Part shown: piece by piece, positions 24,901 to 37,759 of the stretch | Position numbering within the stretch: the first letter of the stretch is position 1 | How the letters are laid out: each line of letters opens with the position of its first letter | NCBI RefSeq assembly: GCF_964204645.1 | Contig: NC_134035.1 | Location: 6,014,001 to 6,078,000 of the forward strand | Reading direction: 5' to 3' | Origin: Tubulanus polymorphus | Lineage: Eukaryota; Animalia; Nemertea | Length of the DNA: 64,000 nt | The notes under the pieces: model-generated | What the model was told of the DNA's origin: nothing | Seen by the model: the letters and a program-made list of their open reading frames with translations, nothing else | Databases searched by the model: none | Program-made: the position numbers and the translations under genes

Positions 24901-27900
24901 CCGTTCTTCCTTTTCGATGCGACGTTTTGAATTAAATGAGATATTAATTGATTCATGAAATTTCAGATACCGGGTGGCCTAGCGTCGAGTGACGGCCGAC
25001 TGATAAAAGATGATCGAATTCTCGAAATAAATGGACAGGACGTTACGTACGGAACTCAGGAATTAGCCGCACAAATCATCCAGGTAAAACACCGCCCCTG
25101 GGCAAAAATACACTGTAATGTGGTTGGCATTTTGTGATTTTTAGAAAAGAAACTATGCGTCATAATTTACAACAATTAACTACCAGAGTGACTATTCAAT
25201 GCGTGGAATGGGTCTTTAAAAGAAGCTTAAGCGTGTTTGAAGCTGGGAGGGGGATCAGAATGGAGACGAAAGATTCAAAAAATTTAAATTTGAACATCTT
25301 TACCACCACCCAAATTGTAGCTGTTTTTAGCCACTTAATGCCTGAAGTCTCAGCTTTGTTTTGTTGCTCTGTCTGAATATTCAACTTCTAAATCGTAATC
25401 GGTGTCGATTTTGTTATGATTTTAGAGTAGTCCTGATAAAGTACAGTTCGTCGTATCGAGGAAAACACGACCTCAGACTCCTGATTTAATACGTTCTACC
25501 TCGACTGATTGTATCACTGATAGTATAGCTCTAGAACGTTCGTGTATTTACGATACAGCTCGACCGAGAGTCTGTAAAGAACGAACCGTGCAAATAAACA
25601 AAGTAAGTTTTTCAGCCTCGGCCGCTCTCAGCAGTGGGATAAATGTGTGAGTGGCAAGCTGGTTCGAGTCCTGCTAGCTGCTGCTTACAGCGTGTGGGCA
25701 ACACTTCAAAGGTAGTCGTCCCGTCGTGTGGTTATATGAATTATGTAAAACAAGATGAATGAAATGACGAAACAACATTTCGAGAGATCTTTTGGTAGCT
25801 TCTAATCACAATCAACAGTTTTTACGCCGAGCAAATTTCTAATCAGTTTCTGATAAAAGTCTGTGTATTCGTTCTCAAAGATCTCAGCTGTTAGAATTCA
25901 TAATTCATAACACACAAACTTAATGAAAACTGCCTCCAATGTGATAATTTCAAGATACCTTGATACTTTGATAATGGTATTTTCCTACACGAATAATGAT
26001 ATTTTGAAACAAATTGATATTTTTTTCTCGTTAAACAGGAGCCTTCTGAATCTCTGGGAATCAGTGTGGCCGGCGGTGTGGGCAGCGCTAGAGGTGATGT
26101 TCCAATATATATCACTAATATACAACCTCAAGGCTGCGTCGGACGATGTAAACAAATCAAGGTACGATACATTTATTCATCATTTTCATGAGATTAAGGA
26201 ATAATCTCTAGATGATCTGGGGGCGGTTTTATAGACTGGTATTACCTTTAACCCGGGGGCTAACTCAATTGATAATGAATTGAGTTAACCTCGGGTTAAA
26301 GGTAATACCAGTTTATTAAACCAGCCCTTGTATTGTATACATGGAAGGTGTTTGACTCACAATCGAGAGGTAGTGGGTTCAAACCCCAGTAAAACCAATC
26401 TATGCGGTAAGGACAGGACATAAATTACTCTGCTAAGATGAACTGAATTAATGAAGAAGGTAATATGATTTAAGAGTCAAACGTTAAACCAATTCTTGGA
26501 CGTATAGGATAGTTTAATAAATTACAGAGCATTAATCAGTTCTATTCTATTTTGTCGTTGTTTTCTATTCACAGAAAGGAGATATTTTACTATCGGTGAA
26601 TGGTTTAAATCTTGTTGGACTCACTCACACCGAGGCCGTTCGCGCTTTGAAATCTGGTGCAGATGCAAAATCTGTGATACTAAAAATAATCGAAGGTCCC
26701 GAAACGAATGATGGCATTTCTAACTTCACACCTTCCTGGACTTACTGGCTGATGTTACCCAAGTAAGTTGAATTTATTCAAATGACTGATACAGCACTTG
26801 CGCCAATAAGTAGATCTCATAAATCAGTAGATCTCATCAAGATCAACTTGTGGCTCAGGATCCAGTTCCACAGTTCTGAGTTTAATTTGACTCTAGAGTT
26901 AAAACATTGAAAATGAACTAACTTTAACTCGGGGTTAACTCTAACTCACAACTGTGGAACCGGGCCCAGGATATCTGTAGAGCTGCCTAACATTCATCAG
27001 TATTTTGTTACTATTTCTCCTGATAAATGCTGATCTTATTAGTTTGATGTGTACCTTAGGGTTTGACTGATAACTCTTTGAACTTGAACATTTTATTTCA
27101 TATTTTAATGAAAATGTTCCTGATTAAACCAAACTTGTTTCTGAGGTTTGCACTTTTCAGAGGATTGCAGCTTTGTATCTTGTGATTAACTGTATATCTC
27201 TATATCATTTTGGAATGTTTCATTTCATCCACTCAGTGCTTGTAAACATAGTAACAAGTTCATATCTAGATTTTAATTATGCAATTCTTTAAATTTGATT
27301 AATTATTTTGTAGACCGTGTCAGTTGGTAAAAACGATCGCTTTAACTCGTAATGTTGCCGGAAGTTTAGGATTCTCAATAGTCGGAGGAAATGATATGTG
27401 CTACGGAACTCAAGCGATACACGTTAAAACGATCGTACCGGGAACACCAGCTTGTTTGGACGGTCGATTGAGGTAGATATTCATCAGTTGGAATTATGAT
27501 TTAGGGGGGAGGGGCAGTCGCTGAGATAAGGGCTTTGGTTATCAAACCGAAATTGAGATTTCCTGTCACAGATTTGTGTAGTAGCTGTGTGATTAATTCT
27601 ATCTATGACTGGTCCGTCATTAATCCGGGGTTCATGGGTTTAAATATCGTCACAGAAGAATTATTATTTTAAGAATGGCTTTTCTTCGGTTTTTCATCAT
27701 GAGTGGGAAAAATTCTCGAACTCGCTAAAATAGTCCAGTCAGTGGGTTAAGGGATGAAAAAACCATAAGTCCTGGTTATTTAAAACTAGGGATGAGAACT
27801 CCCTGCTGATCCGCGTTTTTACGTGTTTACGGTCGTCAAGTATTATTAGGTTTTCCAATTCGCATAAATCGGGTGAGAAACTAATTAGGGGCAGCTGTAG

Positions 27901-28289
27901 TGAACCGAATTGCGACACAGACGATCTTGTCTTCTGGTACAGCATGTAGGCGCGCGTCAATTCTCCACTACTGATCGATATCGTTCTCAGACTAGAAAAA
28001 TTCATGAAATCTTTTCCAATTATGAGCATCGGCATCCACCAAATGACGCCTGTCCGAAATGACGGAAATCGTCGGCGCCTTTCGGATTTTAACCCGCCCC
28101 GTTCTCATCTCGCGTAAAACATCGATTTACATTTTTCGCCGTTTATTTTCTAGGTGCGGAGACATCATATTATCGGTGAACAACTATAGTTTAGGGGATA
28201 TAGCGCACACGCACGCCGTATCCCTACTGAAACACATCAAAGGAACCGTAGCGTTAAACGTCGTCTCGTGGCCGGGTACGCTCGTGTGA
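12870..28289 (+). CDS. LNX2: Ligand of Numb protein X (LNX1/2 orthologue): Zn fingers + 4 PDZ domains; 5' end (RING) not found in window
   Basis: Thirteen phase-consistent GT-AG exons: 12870-12962, 13496-13611, 23548-23654, 23792-23875, 24274-24403, 24522-24588, 24855-24885, 24967-25083, 25426-25602, 26039-26161, 26575-26762, 27314-27472, 28154-28289. Translation has [10 protein letters not shown]...[14 protein letters not shown], four PDZ carboxylate loops ([35 protein letters not shown]), the [12 protein letters not shown] linker and C-terminal VVSWPGTLV*, all typical of LNX1/LNX2. Confidence 0.92.
12986..13332. mobile_element. hAT-like MITE
   Basis: Perfect 12-bp inverted repeat CAGTGTTGCCAG/CTGGCAACACTG. 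Confidence 0.55.
13729..14008. mobile_element. MITE (shorter copy at 56352-56493 in the Ras 3' region)
   Basis: Inverted repeat AGCCGCGATCACA/TGTGATCGCGGCT. Internal TTGGCCCGGGCCAA and GGGCTCGGGCCCATTTGGCAC are shared by both copies. Confidence 0.6.
14170..14374. mobile_element. Harbinger-like MITE, CTG target duplication
   Basis: CTG|GGCGAACTTCGGTT...AACCGAAGTTCGCC|CTG. Confidence 0.65.
15180..15315. mobile_element. Harbinger-like MITE, CTG target duplication
   Basis: CTG|GGACTGGTTGCATAGTC...GACTGTGCAACTGGGCA|CTG. Confidence 0.55.
16133..16225. mobile_element. Harbinger-like MITE (related copy at 26220-26326)
   Basis: Inverted repeat GCCCAGTTTTACAGACT/AGTCTGTAAAACTGGGC. Shared internal ATTACCTTTAACCC...TAACTCAATT. 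Confidence 0.55.
19763..20142. repeat. 31-bp minisatellite, ~12 copies
   Basis: Unit GGACGAGGCAATCCTCGGGGTAAGCCGAACA. Confidence 0.92.
21194..21290 (+). CDS. Candidate alternative first exon of LNX (PDZ-only isoform)
   Basis: [32 protein letters not shown] + G|GTGAGT (phase 1) joins the 23548 exon in frame, giving 471 aa. Preceded by (TC)n-rich DNA. Confidence 0.6.
22396..22429 (+). ncRNA. Minimal type I hammerhead ribozyme motif at the apex of a fold-back element (22320-22499)
   Basis: CTGAAGA-T-GACTGT(taggtt)ATAGTC-GAAA-CGTC, closed by a long stem I (ATTCATTT/GAATGAAT and beyond). Confidence 0.7.
26859..26966. mobile_element. Harbinger-like MITE, CAG target duplication (copies at 48602-48699 and 52166-52270)
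   Basis: CAG|GATCCAGTTCCACAGTT...AACTGTGGAACCGGGCC|CAG. Confidence 0.65.
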
Positions 28290-29681
28290 TCTACCGGTTA
28301 CATCGTCATTAATCTCCGCGTCGAAGAAACTCAGTATGGAAAATTGTCTCGTGACATTCGACAGCTGCCTGGAACCAATTTACCGAATTACAGAAATATT
28401 TATTCCTTAAATCGCAAACTGAATCATGAAAAAGTCGTTGATCTAATTGGATCAATATGAATTTATTTTTTCGTCTCGAGACTCTCTTTAAATTGATATT
28501 TAAATTACAAATGATTATTCAAGGGAATCATTGAGACAATTGAACCGGTGAAGTTGCAATATTTACACAGTCATTTTGCTTGTGTAGTGCGTAAGGCGTT
28601 GTATATTAATAATTGATTGCGCTCAGTTTTTTGTGAGTATTTTGATAAAACTCGAATGATGAGAAATGATGTTTGATCGTTGTATTGTTGTATATAGTAT
28701 GTTTTTATCGGGAGGTTTTGTACAGTAGTGTACATTTTTATCCATAAGTACATGTATACGCTATGTACGGTATCTCGGATGTGTTCATGCCATTTTTCCG
28801 TATGAATGGATTGCAAATGATTTGCACAAGTTGCATTTTACAGTTTTTCAAAAACGCTATATACCGCGTGTCGCATGGTAAGCTGGGCTTGCGGTGAATA
28901 GTTCTGCTGTTGTAATGGAACTTAATTTATAATCAAAACTCAAAACTCTGGTTGGAAATTTTTGAAATACCTAAGACTGGTCTTGAATCTAAACCTGACT
29001 GTGTCAAATCTCAAAAGTGGTCTATTAATCATAAGACTTGTCTTTAGTTGTTAGACTGGCTATATCGAATCAAGATGGTCTTTAGTTGTATCTAGTGAAG
29101 ACTCTGGCTGTAAGAATATACTTCAAATATAAATAAGTCAGAACTGCAGTTATGGTTGAAGGGATTGGGTAGGTCTTGGGTGGTGTCGCTTGTGAATAGT
29201 GTAAGAGTTATGAACTAGTCGTAATCTGTGTGTGATTTGTAAAGTATTGAATGAATCTACGAACATGTGCATGATTCACATCAACTTTCTATCAGAAAAC
29301 CATTCCATGGAAAATCAAAACGATTCAGTCGATGTCTAGAAAGACCTCGTTATTCTGTGGAAAAATCCTCATTCACATCGATTCATCTGGTGGCGAGTTC
29401 TACAAATTGGAGTTGGAATCTTTCTGAATTTACTGCGTTAAGGTATCAATGTGTAGAAAGTTGCATTGTTGTAGAGTAGAGGTTGTACTGTATTCAATAA
29501 AAGCTGCCACAAAGAGTGAATGAATGAATCAAAGAGTCTTACATCGTCAAAATATCAAATGGTTTTTATTGATTGATTTACTAAGTTATTTATTTATTTA
29601 TTTTTACGTATATAAACGACATAAACAGTATCTCTCTATTTCATGATTATTTAAACGTAATTGAAAAATAATTGTGAGCAT

Positions 29682-29905
29682 ACTCTGTAGTGTTGATCCC
29701 ACTAGTGCTGATCACTCTGTAGTGTTGATCACTTTGTAGTGTTGATCACTCGGTAGTGCTGATCACTCTGTAGTGTTCATCGCACTGTAGTGCTGATCTA
29801 CCCATGGACGTATAATCTAGTTTATACGTCCATGATCTACCTGATCACACTGTTGATCACTGATCACTCTATAGTGCTGATCAGTCTGTGGTGTTGATCA
29901 GTAGC
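29682..29905. repeat. 17-bp minisatellite
   Basis: Unit GATCACTCTGTAGTGYT. Confidence 0.8.
29803..29834. mobile_element. 32-bp palindrome with 7-bp target duplication (P-like footprint)
   Basis: ATCTACC|CATGGACGTATAATCTAGTTTATACGTCCATG|ATCTACC. Confidence 0.7.
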
Positions 29906-29968
29906 GCTGATGAAGGTTGTGAGAATATTAGATGTAGTGAATTTTTATATCTGAATTCATCAATGATG

Positions 29969-30010
<42 letters not shown>

Positions 30011-30099
30011 CATGATTATATATTGTAAATAAGTTTTTACCTATGGATACTATTTTTGAATGTAGCGTATATTCTATTCTGAGATAGCTGATAGCTGTT

Positions 30100-31870
30100 C
30101 ATAAACTTAAAAGGCACAAATTTTGAAGAGATTATTGCGGTGACGACCTACGCTTACGAATTACATCTTCGATTAATAGAATTGCTTCGGTAATTAATGT
30201 CTGCATCGCTTTATTTCATCGGACGCCATTGTTTTATATTCTCGAATGCTGGAACGTAGATTCATATGAAGTGCCAACAATTTGTACAGAATTGAAATGA
30301 ATTGTATGCTTTGATTGGAGAAAGTAAAATTTATTTGTTTTCGTATTGATGATACGGCTGGATCCAGAGAGGTATTCCCCATTGTAACTGAACTTGAAGT
30401 CATCATTTCAAAAAGAATTGACCTACACAAGTACTGAACGGTGAAGCCCTGTGCCACAATGATGAAATGAATTCGCCAGAATATATTCTTGAAGCTGAAC
30501 TGAATATTAAAACACCTGTGGAACCAGGCAATGGATGATGTGCCGGGATTTTCCAAAATTTTATTTGAACTTATGAGAAAGATTAAAGAGCATTTAATGA
30601 GATGTGTGTTAAGAAAAAAACTCATTTGACAGATTTGAGTTCGTGCATAAAGTTCCTTGGATCCATGTCATTCTACATATTACTTCGAAATTTTATTTTT
30701 TGTCGACTAAGAAGTTTCACGATTATAATCAAAACTATTTACCACTGCCTCTTAGTCTTATGAGAAGATTGTTAGGGTTTTTTGTTGCTGTTGTGTTCCT
30801 CGACCCTTCCACGAGGGAATTGTAACGAGTCTTTTATATCAATATTGTCGCCAAGTTTGTTCCGCTATTTCTAAGATTATCAATGAATATTTTTGTAAAT
30901 CGTGTGGAAAAGTATTTAATGAAGGAAGGAAGGACGGATAGTCAATCTGTGGTGTTGGTAGTGAAATGTTCTGCTTGTGAACCACAGCAGCTTAAAAAGT
31001 TAAACTAGGTACCGGTGTGGAGGTTTGTCACAGAAGTCTGTTCCACCGTGCTGGTTAAGATCTGGCATAAATAGAATAAATAGGTTAGGAAGTCAGGAAA
31101 ATGTGTTGGTACGAGTAAGTCAAAAGTCTTGAGTTCGCCATGTCCCCCAAGTAAGGCGAGTTTTTACTGTACGATGTAGAGGCATTTTCAATTATTTCAA
31201 CTTCCGAGTCAAGTAAAATCACATTTTATCGAACTGACACGAGTGAGCTAATAATGTCTTAACATTTATATGAATTTCTATCTGTGAATAGTTTTAAACT
31301 ATATCAGTGCAGATTATTTTGTAATTTGCTTTTTCAATCAGTAGTAAACATCGTCAGACGTTCGAGATTCTTAAATCGAAGCTTCTCTTCTGTTCAACAG
31401 CCAATCACGTATATTTGTAACATTAATGTCAATAAATTCATCTGTTACATAAAAACTTGTTTATTATGTTGATTACATTGACAAACACGAAACAGCTTGT
31501 GGACTTAGTCACTGTGGGTGACATTCTAAATTCAATGAAATCCTATCTATCTTGTATTTGTTTCTGATCTCATTTCCACAAAGTAAACAGTCGTTCTTCC
31601 AACCTGCAGCACGAGTGTCAACTGATGATGTAGTTTCCTGCATGTCTTTTGTCTTTAATGAATATTTTACTACTCTAGATGAAAGTGGACACAAATCTGA
31701 TCAGGTCTGTACGTCTTGGTCCGACTTGAAGCAAAATTTGATGGGTGGTCCACATGCAACGTTTTTTGTCCAGATTGCATGGACAAAAAAGTCCCATCAG
31801 TCTCGAATGGCTACGATTCGGAGAATATTCTCAGACTTAAAAACAATTGCTGGAAACTACTCAACTTGAA
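30100..31870 (+). pseudogene. Possible decayed protein-coding remnant ending in a RING-like motif
   Basis: Protein-like fragments broken by stops and frameshifts. Near 31700-31840, shifting frames gives VCTS..D.....GPHATF-CPDC...PI.RMATIRRIF, resembling a C-terminal C3HC4 RING. Confidence 0.25.
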
Positions 31871-33041
31871 TTGTAGTAGAATTTGTTTCATAAGAGTAAA
31901 TTAGGGTATTTACATTTTAATTGGGGAGAGGACAATAGTAGTTTGTATTCTACATTGATTATTTACTCGTGAAATATATCACAGAAGGAAAGAAGTGCAA
32001 GTTTATTCAATGTTTCGGATGAATGATCATTAAAAAATGATAATGAATGATTTCATTCTATTTTAAATCGGTACAAAATAATTGAAAAGCAAGTTTTCTA
32101 AGATCGATAAGGGAGTTTTTTTGCTAAAACATATAAAGAATATCATAACCTATAAAAATATAGAAATAACATTCAAAATTGAATAAGGATTCATAGTTTA
32201 TTAGAATTAGGCACTATAATAGAGACATTTATAATCTGCACAAGTGTTACATATTCGCCATACTTATTGATGTCAAATAGATAGATATAATGAACCATCG
32301 GAATACAACCTTTTCTTTAGCGGCAGTTTGTTAGGTTATACCGCAGATGTGTATATATCATCAGCACTGTGATCCATCAATGGCATTTGAATCAAATCGA
32401 AAAAGAACAACCAATGACCATATCTTACTTGTCTTTTATTGAGCATTTTCTAAATCATTATTTCTTTTAACAGCTTATCGTAGCATAGATCAATTATTTA
32501 ATTCTCAAACTAGTTTAGAAATTTTATTAGAGAACATTAATTTCAAATATCTCGACTAATCATTACATAATCAATCTACATGATAATAAATACATGATGA
32601 ATAATGAACTGAAAGTTTGCCTCTTGCCCGCACTAGCGCCGAGGTGCCATCTTGGTAGAGATCGTGATAGAACAACCCCGGTACTAGAGTATCAAAATAA
32701 GTTCTAAATTTGATCGGTGAATTTTCAGTATCTCCTTATTCTAAGGGTTTTACAATTGTTTTAAGTGCTGACTAATAAATACCCTAAAGCGCGGTAAATA
32801 ATTAGAAATTTTTTGAAAAATTCCAGCCCATTTCATCAAATAACAGGCATCCACTTTCACGCATCCACACCGCGGTGCCGTGTATCGTTAGTAACTTATA
32901 TGTTACTGTATTTGACAGGTGCTACCATCTTTCATTAGAGATAAAAACTTATTTACGAATTACATCACTTGCGGTGCACTAGCGAAGTCAATCGCTGATT
33001 TATACACCGCACTGTGGTGTAGACACACTTAATCATCCACA

Positions 33042-36000
33042 TTAATCAACTACATCATCGAAATTCAAACTAGCATACTGTGTTTCTAAATCAGAATTCT
33101 GCATTTCTTCGGCCTGAGCGAACAGTTTATCGATAATATCCACCGGCAGTTCACCGGTCATCGGAAACAAATATGGCCGCTTACGAATTAAACGCTTGTT
33201 GAATAAGCATTGTTTCAAGTGTTCCCCAATCGGTTGATAGTCAGTGAACTTCCATTCGTCAACAGGAGTGAAAACCGTACTGAAAAACCACCTCTGAAAA
33301 TATAAAACATAGGCTACAGTTCAATCTATCTCTTTACCGAGATAAAACAAGATCATTTAACCCTTAAGTAACTGTTATACCCTTTCAGTGCATCTGCACT
33401 GTAGTGCAGTGTATAAATTGGTGATGGACTTAAGCTAGTATGCCGCATCGCAGTGTATAGATGTTATCAGTAGTTAGTTTTTAGCCCACTTGGGACTTAA
33501 GTCCCAGCGGCCTATTGCGCTCACCTGTCGTCCGTCGTCCATCTGTGCGTAGGCAGAATCCAGTTATTTTGGGAAGTTTTGAAGACGCTTCAATGAATCG
33601 TCTTTATATTTGGTTTGTACATGTTTCTACCCTAGATACACCTTCTGCCCGAAAACTGGCCCAGTCAGAATCAAGATGGCCCCCTGGCAGCCATTGTTGT
33701 TCGCCAAAACGAGCACTTTTTACATATTTGTTAAGTTTTCAAAGTAAATTTTGAAAACCCTTTGATCAACATCTTGATCTTCACATAAGTTTGTATCCTT
33801 CCATGGTGCATCAGCATGAGATAAATTGGGCCTGGCGTCCCTGGATCCCTAGCTATCTCGATTGAAAGATGGCAGCACCTGTCAGTGAGATATTAGCAAC
33901 TAACGATACAGCGGCGTAGCAGTATGCCTGTGTTATTCAACACACTGGGGTGGATATATTTTTTAAATTTTCTCCTGCACTTTCGGGTATTAATTAGTCA
34001 GCACTGAAAGGGTTTTAATCTATTCGCGAATCTATTCATCACCTTAAATGCAATTTTCCATACGATTTTATCATTAGGCGCTTGCTCTCTCTCCCAGTGC
34101 GGGATCACAATTCCTCGGTCTTCCAGAACTGAACAACAAACGTCTCGTAGTAAATGATTCGTCATCGCGAGATTATTCAGACTAAAACCGTCTAAATACC
34201 TGTCAGGAAATAAGAGTAAAATATGGTCATATATGAAAAATACCGATGAATGAAAAATAGAAATGCTTCCCTGAGCGAGTGGTTTGTTCAATGTTTCAAG
34301 GATGTAGGACTTAAATATTAGCTGAAGGAAACATGAAACTAAAAGTCTGGGTCCAGTAGCACAAGTCATGACTTCAATAACAGTCAGTCTTAAATTTTAA
34401 GACTTTCTTCCAAGATCTAGGGATCATTCATATATTGCGTACACATAAAATTTGAATTTTTCAACCCCCCATGCACACACAATCGGCCATTTTTTCATAA
34501 ACATTAAGCATTACAGTATGCAATTGCACTTACCCCTCCTCCCATTGCGTACGTACCAATGAATGACCCCCTACTTAAAGCCTTGACTTTGCAACTGATC
34601 AATTTTTTTCCACAATAAGAACCCACGATAATATATTCAGATGAAAGGCAGAACTTTATTTTGTAAGGAGCCGACATCGATTCTCCAGTGAAACTCGTAC
34701 CTGGTTAAGTATCTGAGCACCTCGAATGGAAGAGTCGTTAAGGTCGAGTCTCTGCCCGAAGTTTTAACAGGCGATTTACTGGGGCGATGTAAGTGTACGT
34801 TAGACGCGAAGTTATACGAAGTATAGATTTCCGGAGTCGACTCCTTTGAACGCGAAGGACTCCGCGATCGACTCCTCGACGGTCCGCGGGTCGATTTATA
34901 ATCGTCGCAGTAACCGTTACTTCGACCGCCGCCAGACGGCGCCGGCAGCGATTCAATCGAATCATCCGCGACGACCGAGGTTTTAATTCCGAAACTTTCC
35001 AACGTCTGGCTATAAACGACCGTCGAATCGTTGGGCGCGGGTTGAAACCGACGGAACGAATACGTACAGCCGTACTGAGCGAGGGGACATCTCTGTTCCA
35101 TCCAGCCGTTTATACCCGAGTGAACGTCGCAGTGAACGTTCTTAAAATGCCAGGCGTATTCGTCGCGTCTGAACTGTTGAGCGCACAGAAACGTATACAT
35201 CGAACACGGCTTCGCTTGATATCTCGTTATAGATTCGATATACAAATCTAAACCTAGTAACTCGTTCAGAATCATCTCCATATTAGGAGGAGGTTTCGGC
35301 ACCTCAACTTCGGACAGAGTTTCCTCAGTATTCGTATCCACAGCCGTCAGATCCCTAACATCATTTTTAAGATCCGGCGATAAATCGAATCTTCGATCGG
35401 TTTTTATTGTATCATCAGCACAAACAGCACCATTTTGAATTTCACAATTACGATTGTCTTTTATCATACCAGGCAAAGCAAGCTCGGTATCTCCGGGATC
35501 GGCATCTGCAGAACATTCTCCGGGACTCTCCGGCCCATCGTGGGAAGGATCTCCCAGACTCACCGGCCCACCATGGGAACATTCTCCAGGACACACCGGC
35601 CCGCCGTGGGAAGGTTCTCCCAGACTCACCGGCCCGCCGTGGGTAGGTTCTCCCGGACTCACTGGCTCCTCGTTCCCAGTCTGTTCATCATTCAAATTAT
35701 CACAGAAACTATAATCATTTAAACTTCCCGAGTTGCTATGTGCACTAGTCGCCTCATTCTCCGGTATATCCTCTAAAGCGGTATCGGGACTGGTCAAGGT
35801 CGCGTGGATCGCAGTATTGATGGCGACCGTCAAACTCTCCGTGGTCTGCATCGTCGCGCGGTATAATTTACTACAGATACTACGCTGTAACCCGGGCGGC
35901 ATTTTAGCGCGTTCCCACGGCGAGTCGCTCTCGTCCTCCGACACCGTACGCGACGTATCGTTCGACGCCGGGTCGGTGTCGCCCCCTAGCGAATCGTCTC

Positions 36001-36499
36001 GACTATACGACAAGTGTAGCGGAACGGCCGGGTATTTCCGAGTCAGCGTATTCTGCAAAACCCGTCGCGTTTTTCGCGGAGCTTTCATCGATTCGTTCAA
36101 CATGCGTTGATCTCTCATCGCCAAGGCGACGTCCATTTGTCCGAATCGAGCGTGTACGTTGTTCTGCGAGAATGGCACGCGTATCTGCCTCTCTTTCGAA
36201 TACAGCGGCCATCGATTCCATTCCATCGTACAATAAACGACGCTCGCCGGACAGCGTTCTAAATGAACGCCGAGTTCGCGACGTACGATCGCGACCGGAC
36301 ATCCGTTCTCGTGGTTGATGCAGCGCACTTTCTCGTTCGCGCAGAGTAAAGCGTGTTCGGTTTGTTTACACTCGTGAAATCGAGCTCCGCATTTACACAA
36401 ACAGTTGATAATCCGACAGCTCGCGTTCGACGCCGGTTTCTTACAGTTCAGATTAAAACATACGCGACAATGATCGTGTTTACACATATCCGATTCCAT
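33042..36499 (-). CDS. FBXO30: F-box only protein 30/40 (TRAF-type Zn finger + C-terminal F-box), 735 aa
   Basis: Exons 36499-34701, 34199-34043, 33293-33042, in frame. Motifs: CGARFHECKQTEH, CPASVVYCTMEWNRWP, YTFLCAQQFRRDEYAWHFKNVHCDVHSGINGWMEQRCPLAQYGC, F-box LTTLPFEVLRYLTRYLDGFSL and WFFSTVFTPVDEWKF. Likely single orthologue of vertebrate FBXO30/FBXO40. Confidence 0.92.
33380..34012. mobile_element. piggyBac-like MITE (second, inverted copy at ~32763-33030)
   Basis: Terminal inverted repeat CCCTTTCAGTGC/GCACTGAAAGGG with degenerate TTAA-like flanks. Internal sequence matches 32763-33030 in reverse. Confidence 0.5.
33478..33853 (+). mobile_element. Non-autonomous Helentron/DINE-like element nested in a MITE
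   Basis: TTTTTAGCCCAC start, GGGACTTAAGTCCC hairpin, GTCGTCCGTCGTCC tract. Its end GTCCCTGGATCCCTAG resembles 163-180. Confidence 0.5.
34420..34570. mobile_element. Harbinger-like MITE with 3-bp target duplication (copy at 61053-61190)
   Basis: CTA|GGGATCATTCAT...ATGAATGACCCC|CTA. The second copy is flanked by ATA/ATA. Confidence 0.6.
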
Positions 36500-37759
36500 T
36501 GTGATCGATGATGGTGACCGGCCGGCACGGCGACCCGCACGGCGTTAAAATAATTCACTGATTACTTCACCCATCGTCTCTTCTGAAATCGGAAATAAAG
36601 ATCAGTTTTATCAGGGGATCTTCAGTTATACTTCCATTTAGATTTCGATTTAGGCCTACGCCTAGAAGGGACAGCTGGATGGTTGTCCGAGTCGCCAGAA
36701 CCTGCCAACGTGACACAACACAAGGTAATAGGGCCTAACTTTTGTATGAAATGTAGTTAAGATCATCATCTTTCCAGTGGCTCTTTAGTGTTATTAAGGA
36801 TTAAGTAAGGATTATGCTTAGGTTCATCACAAGTCAGCAAGTTGTTGAGGGGCTCCCCTCCACCTCCCTCCCCTTCTCCCGAGTCCCAATCCTCTCCCTC
36901 CCACCACCACACGGGCTCATATTTGAAGTTTGGGGGTGAACTGTAGCTTAGATCATGCATCCAGTATCCCAGGTACTAGGCCTATATATATAAAAGAATT
37001 TATTTTTTTTTAATTTCAAGATTTCTTTTAACATATATATTACCAGAGGGATACTGGATGATCTAAGCTACACTAACAGTTCACCCCCGGCCCCAACAAA
37101 CTTCAAATACGAGCCCCTGTCTGTCTGTGGATTTGATATGAAAATGATCCACCACTCCTGGAATAGTAGACGTAGTGAGATCAATCCACTCACAATAGTG
37201 GCCAGCGATCAGTCAGTGATCGCGGATCCACTCGATCGCTGGACTAGGCGTACGAGAAGTCAAGTTCGCTCTCGAACCTTATATCGCAGTTCGTCAGTTT
37301 TCGACGTCCATTCTCTCAATTGATAGTTCATATGCTTATTGATAGATGGCGGTAGAGTCGCATATAACTATTGAATAGGAAAATGCGGACCTTGGATTTA
37401 CAGATGGATGACACGTGCATTTTTGCTATCAATCACTTGTTATTGGCGAAATAATAAACAAATGAATAACCTAATTTCTACTACACTTGAAAATACCAAC
37501 TATCATTATTACAGATATTGCCTTCTGTTGCTGTATGATAAAAAGGTCACAATAGGACGTGCACACACGTGGCCCGACTGATCCAGGTCATGTGCTGCGG
37601 GGATTTGAAACAATTTAGAATCATTACACTGAGCAACAAAAATTCGTTCGTTAGAATTTAAGAAGCCCGGATTTTAGTCAGATCTATAGAGCACCATCTG
37701 GATGATTGAACTACGACCATCGTAAGACGAGAAGATACACAATATACGTCATGATGATA

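Noticed and set aside
25620-26400. tRNA-like B-box sequences (GGTTCGAGTCC ~25661; GGTTCAAACCCC ~26376)
   Set aside because: No cloverleaf. At most decayed tRNA-derived SINE heads.
34738-36302. Several overlapping or antisense ORFs within FBXO30 exon 1 (and 63505-63798 in MASTL)
   Set aside because: Shadow frames of GC-richer coding sequence.
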